Below, piece after piece: positions 60,222 to 64,000 of a DNA stretch of 64,000 nt (positions are counted from its first letter, which is position 1; the number at the start of each line of letters is the position of its first letter). Position numbers and translations under genes: made by a program. Under the pieces are notes generated by a model. It was not told the origin of the DNA, did no database searches, and was given only the letters and a program-made list of their open reading frames with translations. Origin of the DNA: Candidatus Babeliales bacterium (GTDB taxonomy: Bacteria; Babelota; Babeliae; Babelales; JANWKD01); NCBI GenBank assembly GCA_963762115.1, contig CAVXJH010000005.1, forward strand, positions 96,001-160,000. The letters run 5' to 3'.

Positions 60222-60332
60222 TGGCGTTACCTAGTAGAGGCAATCTTAAACCATGAAGTTGAATTTAGCACGGGTGTGCAAGTCATAAAAACCGTTTGTT
60301 CTAGCTTAAATATTGAGATTGACAAACAATGA
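60222..60332 (+). repeat. att-like direct repeat with start-less conserved reading frame, copy 2
   Basis: WRYLVEAILNHEVEFSTGVQVIKTVCSSLNIEIDKQ*. Confidence 0.8.
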
Positions 60333-60343
60333 TTTGTAATATT

Positions 60344-61726
60344 TTATTTTGCTTTTGAAAGTTCATTCTGTGCACTTGTGCTTGGTGGTAAAGATACTTT
60401 TTTAGTAGGAATAGGAAATTTTGATAAATTATTTACAGAAGAACTTGTTGCCATAAGGATTTTGGCATTTATATTTAATACTTCTTTGCCATCACTTTTT
60501 TTATCGTAAGGCTTATCAGAATTAGATAAAGTTAATGCGGAAGAATTTTGTAATTGACAAAAGTAGGCAAACATTAAAGGATATGAATAAAAAACATTTT
60601 CTTGAAATCCAATTTCATGGATTTTCCATACATGTGCATTATTAAGAATACTTTTTGAATCTGATTTTTCTTTTATATCTTCTAAAAAACTGCATGCTCG
60701 TAAAATATTTGCCTTTATTATCATTAACTTTATAGCCTTAAATAATTGTTTATTATAAGTGAATATTTGAAAGCTATTTTCAAATTTTAACTTATTTGGA
60801 TAATCGGCTACCACAAAGCCATAGTTATCTAAATTTTCTAAAGTTTTATTATCAAACAATTGTGATTTTGTCATTGGTTTTGCATCAAAGTCAGTATAAA
60901 CAAAACATAAATCTCTATTTTGTCGAGTAGATTCTTCAGCTATAATAACTCTTAATAGATCTGCACGAAAAAAAACCGGAATTTCAGAAGAAAAAATTTC
61001 AGGATTTTTCTTAACTCTGGTTAATGTTCTTATATCGTTTAGTTCTATTTTGGCTATTTTGCTCCCATGTGCTGCAACTTTTTGATTGATGAGAAGTTGA
61101 GTATTTTCAATCATTTTATCGGCTGTAAAAGAACTATCAAACCACAAATTGATAGTTCCTTCGGGATTTTTTTTTGACCACATTATAATTGTATCCAAAA
61201 ACTGTAATCCAAAATTATTTTTATTATTTGATGGGTATATATAAGTTTGATCAATAGTAGCTTGCCTATTGATCCACATTAAATTAATCGAATATTGTTT
61301 TGGATAATTTTTATGTTGGGTGAAAAAAAATTGTTTTATTTTTGATCCCAAAGAACAATTTTCTTTATGGTCGGAACAAGATTTTGATGAACCATTAGAG
61401 TGCTTGTTCGGTTGATCGGCGTAATATTCTTCTTTTAAATAAGCTCCTATGGAAGTTCCCAATATTATAGGCAACAGAAAGTTTCTTGATGAATAATCAT
61501 TATTATCTTTTTCTTGGGATGCAAGAATTACAAGAGGTCGAGAAGAGCGCTTAGTAGAATATAATCTTGAGAGAAGCCTAGAATGAAAGAGATTATTAGT
61601 AATCTGCTTTGCATTGAACGGTGCTAATCGGTTGAATTGCCATATGCTGCTACGTTTATTCATCGCGAAGGCAGATTGATTTAATAAACAAAGTGATAAC
61701 TTTATAATTAGTATTTTTTTTATCAT
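60344..61726 (-). CDS. Exported DxD glycosyltransferase-like protein (GT-A, toxin/effector-like)
   Basis: INLMWIN, INLWFDS, RADLLR, FVYTDFD, FENS; signal peptide, basic Ser/Arg-rich segment, one TM. Confidence 0.7.
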   Translation of the reverse strand: MIKKILIIKLSLCLLNQSAFAMNKRSSIWQFNRLAPFNAKQITNNLFHSRLLSRLYSTKRSSRPLVILASQEKDNNDYSSRNFLLPIILGTSIGAYLKEEYYADQPNKHSNGSSKSCSDHKENCSLGSKIKQFFFTQHKNYPKQYSINLMWINRQATIDQTYIYPSNNKNNFGLQFLDTIIMWSKKNPEGTINLWFDSSFTADKMIENTQLLINQKVAAHGSKIAKIELNDIRTLTRVKKNPEIFSSEIPVFFRADLLRVIIAEESTRQNRDLCFVYTDFDAKPMTKSQLFDNKTLENLDNYGFVVADYPNKLKFENSFQIFTYNKQLFKAIKLMIIKANILRACSFLEDIKEKSDSKSILNNAHVWKIHEIGFQENVFYSYPLMFAYFCQLQNSSALTLSNSDKPYDKKSDGKEVLNINAKILMATSSSVNNLSKFPIPTKKVSLPPSTSAQNELSKAK

Positions 61727-61747
61727 AGTGATTAGTTTTAAATTAAG

Positions 61748-62077
61748 TTAAACCTTTTTAGATTTTGTTTTATTTACCGATGTCTTTTTAGGTGACAAAG
61801 AAATTTTAATTGAATAACCCAAAGCATCAGCAACCTGAGCTAATTTTCCAACAGATGTTGTGGTGTATCCACCCTTTTCTAACCGTGCAATAGCAGGTTG
61901 TTGAAGATGAAGGCGCTCAGCTAGTTCTGATTGAGAATAACGTGCTTTTTTTCTTGCCTTTATAAATTTTTCAAGTAATGCAAATTCTGGTTCCAATAAG
62001 TCATATGCTTTTTTCACTTCTTCATTTTGCAAAGCTCTTTTTTTGAATGCTTCAAAGCTTGGTCTTTTATTCTTCAT
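61748..62077 (-). CDS. XRE-family HTH antitoxin (HigA-like)
   Basis: ARKKARYSQSELAERL...QPAIARLEKG. Confidence 0.9.
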   Translation of the reverse strand: MKNKRPSFEAFKKRALQNEEVKKAYDLLEPEFALLEKFIKARKKARYSQSELAERLHLQQPAIARLEKGGYTTTSVGKLAQVADALGYSIKISLSPKKTSVNKTKSKKV

Positions 62078-62399
62078 TTTTTACCTCTTTCATACGACGT
62101 ATTGCTATTTCCATTTCTCTTGGTGGAGTTTTTTGTGTTTTCTTTATAAATTCGCTCAGTACTATTACAATTTTCCCTTTTATAATACAAAAAGGAGCCC
62201 GAGCGATACCTTCAGGGCCTTTTACTCTAATCTCAAAAAGTCCTTTTTTTAATGGCTTAATATGCGGCATGCCTAATTCATCAGGGCCCATTTTTTCAAT
62301 AAGTTCAGCTATTTTTAAAAACTTAACCTTTAGATGTATCGGCCATTCATCAATACCCTTTTCAACCTTAGTACTATAAAACTCAACTTTCCAGCTCAT
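62067..62399 (-). CDS. RelE/HigB-like (Gp49-type) toxin
   Basis: Start MSWKVEFY; LGMPHIKPL..GLFEIR, FIKKTQKTP.RE. Confidence 0.88.
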   Translation of the reverse strand: MSWKVEFYSTKVEKGIDEWPIHLKVKFLKIAELIEKMGPDELGMPHIKPLKKGLFEIRVKGPEGIARAPFCIIKGKIVIVLSEFIKKTQKTPPREMEIAIRRMKEVKNEE

Positions 62400-62543
62400 A
62401 TAAATCTCGCTTTTTTTAACAAAACACCTTATAATTATAACAAATATATTATATTTTCGCAATATAATTAGCAACAACTTAAGAAAGCCAGAAGCCGTAA
62501 TATTAAGCAAAAATAATTTTGATAGAGTAAAGGAATAAACAAA

Positions 62544-63221
62544 ATGCTTCATGATATAGAGAAAAAAATAATAATTTTAAAAAATAGTTCCCCCAAATCA
62601 ATACCAATGGCTATCTCTCCAAATATAGATCTTGCTAGAGCAACCGTATTAAGAGAATGTATTTTTAAAAAGATTGAAGAGCTAGCAGAGAGCATACATG
62701 AAATGTGTAGCAAGAATAGATTAGTATCTGCTATGTCCTTACAAAGGGCATTGATGGAAACCCAAGCATTATTTTGGGTATTCTTGAAAAAAATTGAAGA
62801 GGCAATCAAAACAAATAAATTGGATGATTTTAAGAACTTTTTAACCAAAGCTTTATCTGGTGCGCGTTCAGATGTAGCGACTAAGAAATTTGGTAGGCCA
62901 CAATCAAACAATGCATTAACATATATTGATCAAGTGAATAAAATAATACCTGGTTATCGAGAATGTTACGATCTTCTTTCTGAATTTGTACATCCCAATT
63001 CTGCAGGTGTGCGTAATGTATATAATAAACTTGATTGGAATAATAGAGAAATTCATTTTGGTGATAATAGAGAAAAAATAAACATTGATTTTGTTATAAA
63101 GAATCTTGATATTTCTCTTGATTGGTTTATTAGTGAATATAACCGATCTGCAGATTTACTTAACCAATATAGTGTTTTAAGCTTTACTAATTTTGATAAT
63201 AATGAGAAACAATTAAGATAG
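62544..63221 (+). CDS. Hypothetical helical protein (DUF5677/HEPN-like motif)
   Basis: RALMET ... YDLLSEFVHPN. Confidence 0.6.
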   Translation: MLHDIEKKIIILKNSSPKSIPMAISPNIDLARATVLRECIFKKIEELAESIHEMCSKNRLVSAMSLQRALMETQALFWVFLKKIEEAIKTNKLDDFKNFLTKALSGARSDVATKKFGRPQSNNALTYIDQVNKIIPGYRECYDLLSEFVHPNSAGVRNVYNKLDWNNREIHFGDNREKINIDFVIKNLDISLDWFISEYNRSADLLNQYSVLSFTNFDNNEKQLR

Positions 63222-63236
63222 CTATATAAAACTTCC

Positions 63237-63452
63237 TTGCAAATATTTCCAAATCGTATAATATCTTCCTTTGTAGTAATCAAAGCACTCTCTTCATCAA
63301 AGGAACAATCATGTTCTTGCTCAACAGAACTCAGATTCTGTACTCCAACTCACAAAATCAAATTCCATCCAGCCTCATTATCTTTCAAACATCTGAAACA
63401 TATATCGGGCTCGATAAGCAAGAAAGCTGCTACACAGCTTAATTCCAATTAA
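63237..63452 (+). CDS. Small element-backbone ORF (uncertain)
   Basis: TTG start; homolog at 55676 is frameshifted. Confidence 0.35.
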   Translation: MQIFPNRIISSFVVIKALSSSKEQSCSCSTELRFCTPTHKIKFHPASLSFKHLKHISGSISKKAATQLNSN

Positions 63453-63545
63453 TTTGTTCCTAATTCCTAGAATGGTTTTTATAACCATAAAAATTAAAAA
63501 AAGAAATTAAGATATTTCTAAAATATCTTGAGGAGATTTATTTAT

Positions 63546-63788
63546 ATGAAGAATCCCCCTAGAGTGAATATACTTTTGTCTATTGATGATAAAAAACGAC
63601 TTACTGATTTTTTTGTAATACTTATCGCCGTTGATAGAAGAGTTAATGCAAAACCAAGAAATAAACCTAAAGCAAAGAAAAGCGCAAAAGCAAAAACTAA
63701 GCGCAAAGAAATAGGCTCGCAATCGCGGGCCTTGTTTTTTATAATCAATCGTATTACTCTTGAGTTTTTGAAAAGCCTTTTATTTTAG
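63546..63788 (+). CDS. Small basic element-backbone protein
   Basis: MKNPPRVNILLSIDDKKRLTDFF...; RBS gagga; frameshifted homolog at ~55986. Confidence 0.55.
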   Translation: MKNPPRVNILLSIDDKKRLTDFFVILIAVDRRVNAKPRNKPKAKKSAKAKTKRKEIGSQSRALFFIINRITLEFLKSLLF

Positions 63789-63814
63789 CAATGCTTTAAA
63801 GAACACAACAGCGA

Positions 63815-64000
63815 ATGATCGACACCATAGTTTTTACGTTAACCAAAGACAAGTTCAACATCATTCACCCCGATAAATTCCAGCCCTCTGCAACACTTTT
63901 GTTATCAACGCATTCTCACACAATCCAAGCAAAACAAAACCCAACACGAAAAGAACTCCTGAAAGGGGAATGCAAGCCTCGTTTAACATTGCAAAAGCGC
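63815..64000 (+). CDS. Second rep copy (5' part)
   Basis: MIDTIVFTLTKDKFNIIHPDKFQPSATLLL..., close homolog of 57276. Confidence 0.85.
   Translation, partial: MIDTIVFTLTKDKFNIIHPDKFQPSATLLLSTHSHTIQAKQNPTRKELLKGECKPRLTLQKR

Larger units (their letters stand above)
60222..64000 (+). mobile_element. Putative integrative element unit 2 (partial, continues past window)
   Basis: Same order as unit 1: att-like repeat/tail, cargo + TA, backbone block, rep start. Confidence 0.7.

Noticed and set aside
59655..60332. Recombinase fragment and tail share a frame, suggesting an intron around the GIY-YIG
   Set aside because: Joined product would be only ~90 aa, the nuclease is antisense, no intron core is visible, and frame match has a 1-in-3 chance.
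52652..64000. Filamentous prophage
   Set aside because: Rep is gene II-like, but no Zot/pI ATPase or co-oriented coat gene run is visible in the window.
1..64000. CRISPR array, rRNA or intact tRNA genes
   Set aside because: No regularly spaced repeat-spacer array, rRNA or full cloverleaf seen by eye.

Overview
AT-rich bacterial chromosome segment. The gene style suggests an intracellular protist-associated bacterium, most plausibly Ca. Dependentiae/Babeliota (inference only): many signal-peptide proteins carry eukaryote-like Skp1/LRR, ankyrin, WD40 and J domains among sparse housekeeping genes. Positions 1-43 kb mix core genes (recD2, rpe, groES-groEL, class I aldolase, ftsL-ftsI, RluA-family synthase, mgtE, S49 peptidase) with putative effector clusters, two palindromic repeat families and an intact IS4-family element (19-bp IRs, 8-bp TSD) inserted in one repeat. 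Positions 43-64 kb look like a tandem array of a ~7.6-kb integrative element plus relics. Each unit has a gene II/X-like Rep, a RelE/HigB-HTH toxin-antitoxin pair and variable secreted cargo. A serine recombinase appears to be split at an att core resembling a tRNA 3' end. Main leads: (i) this element array; (ii) 15 exported proteins whose predicted signal cleavage exposes a Met, 10 of them Met-Glu; (iii) a DxD glycosyltransferase with a mitochondrial-presequence-like segment behind its signal peptide; (iv) three Skp1-like/LRR fusion proteins; (v) a covarying structured repeat in divergent pairs. All family calls are by eye; no searches were run.
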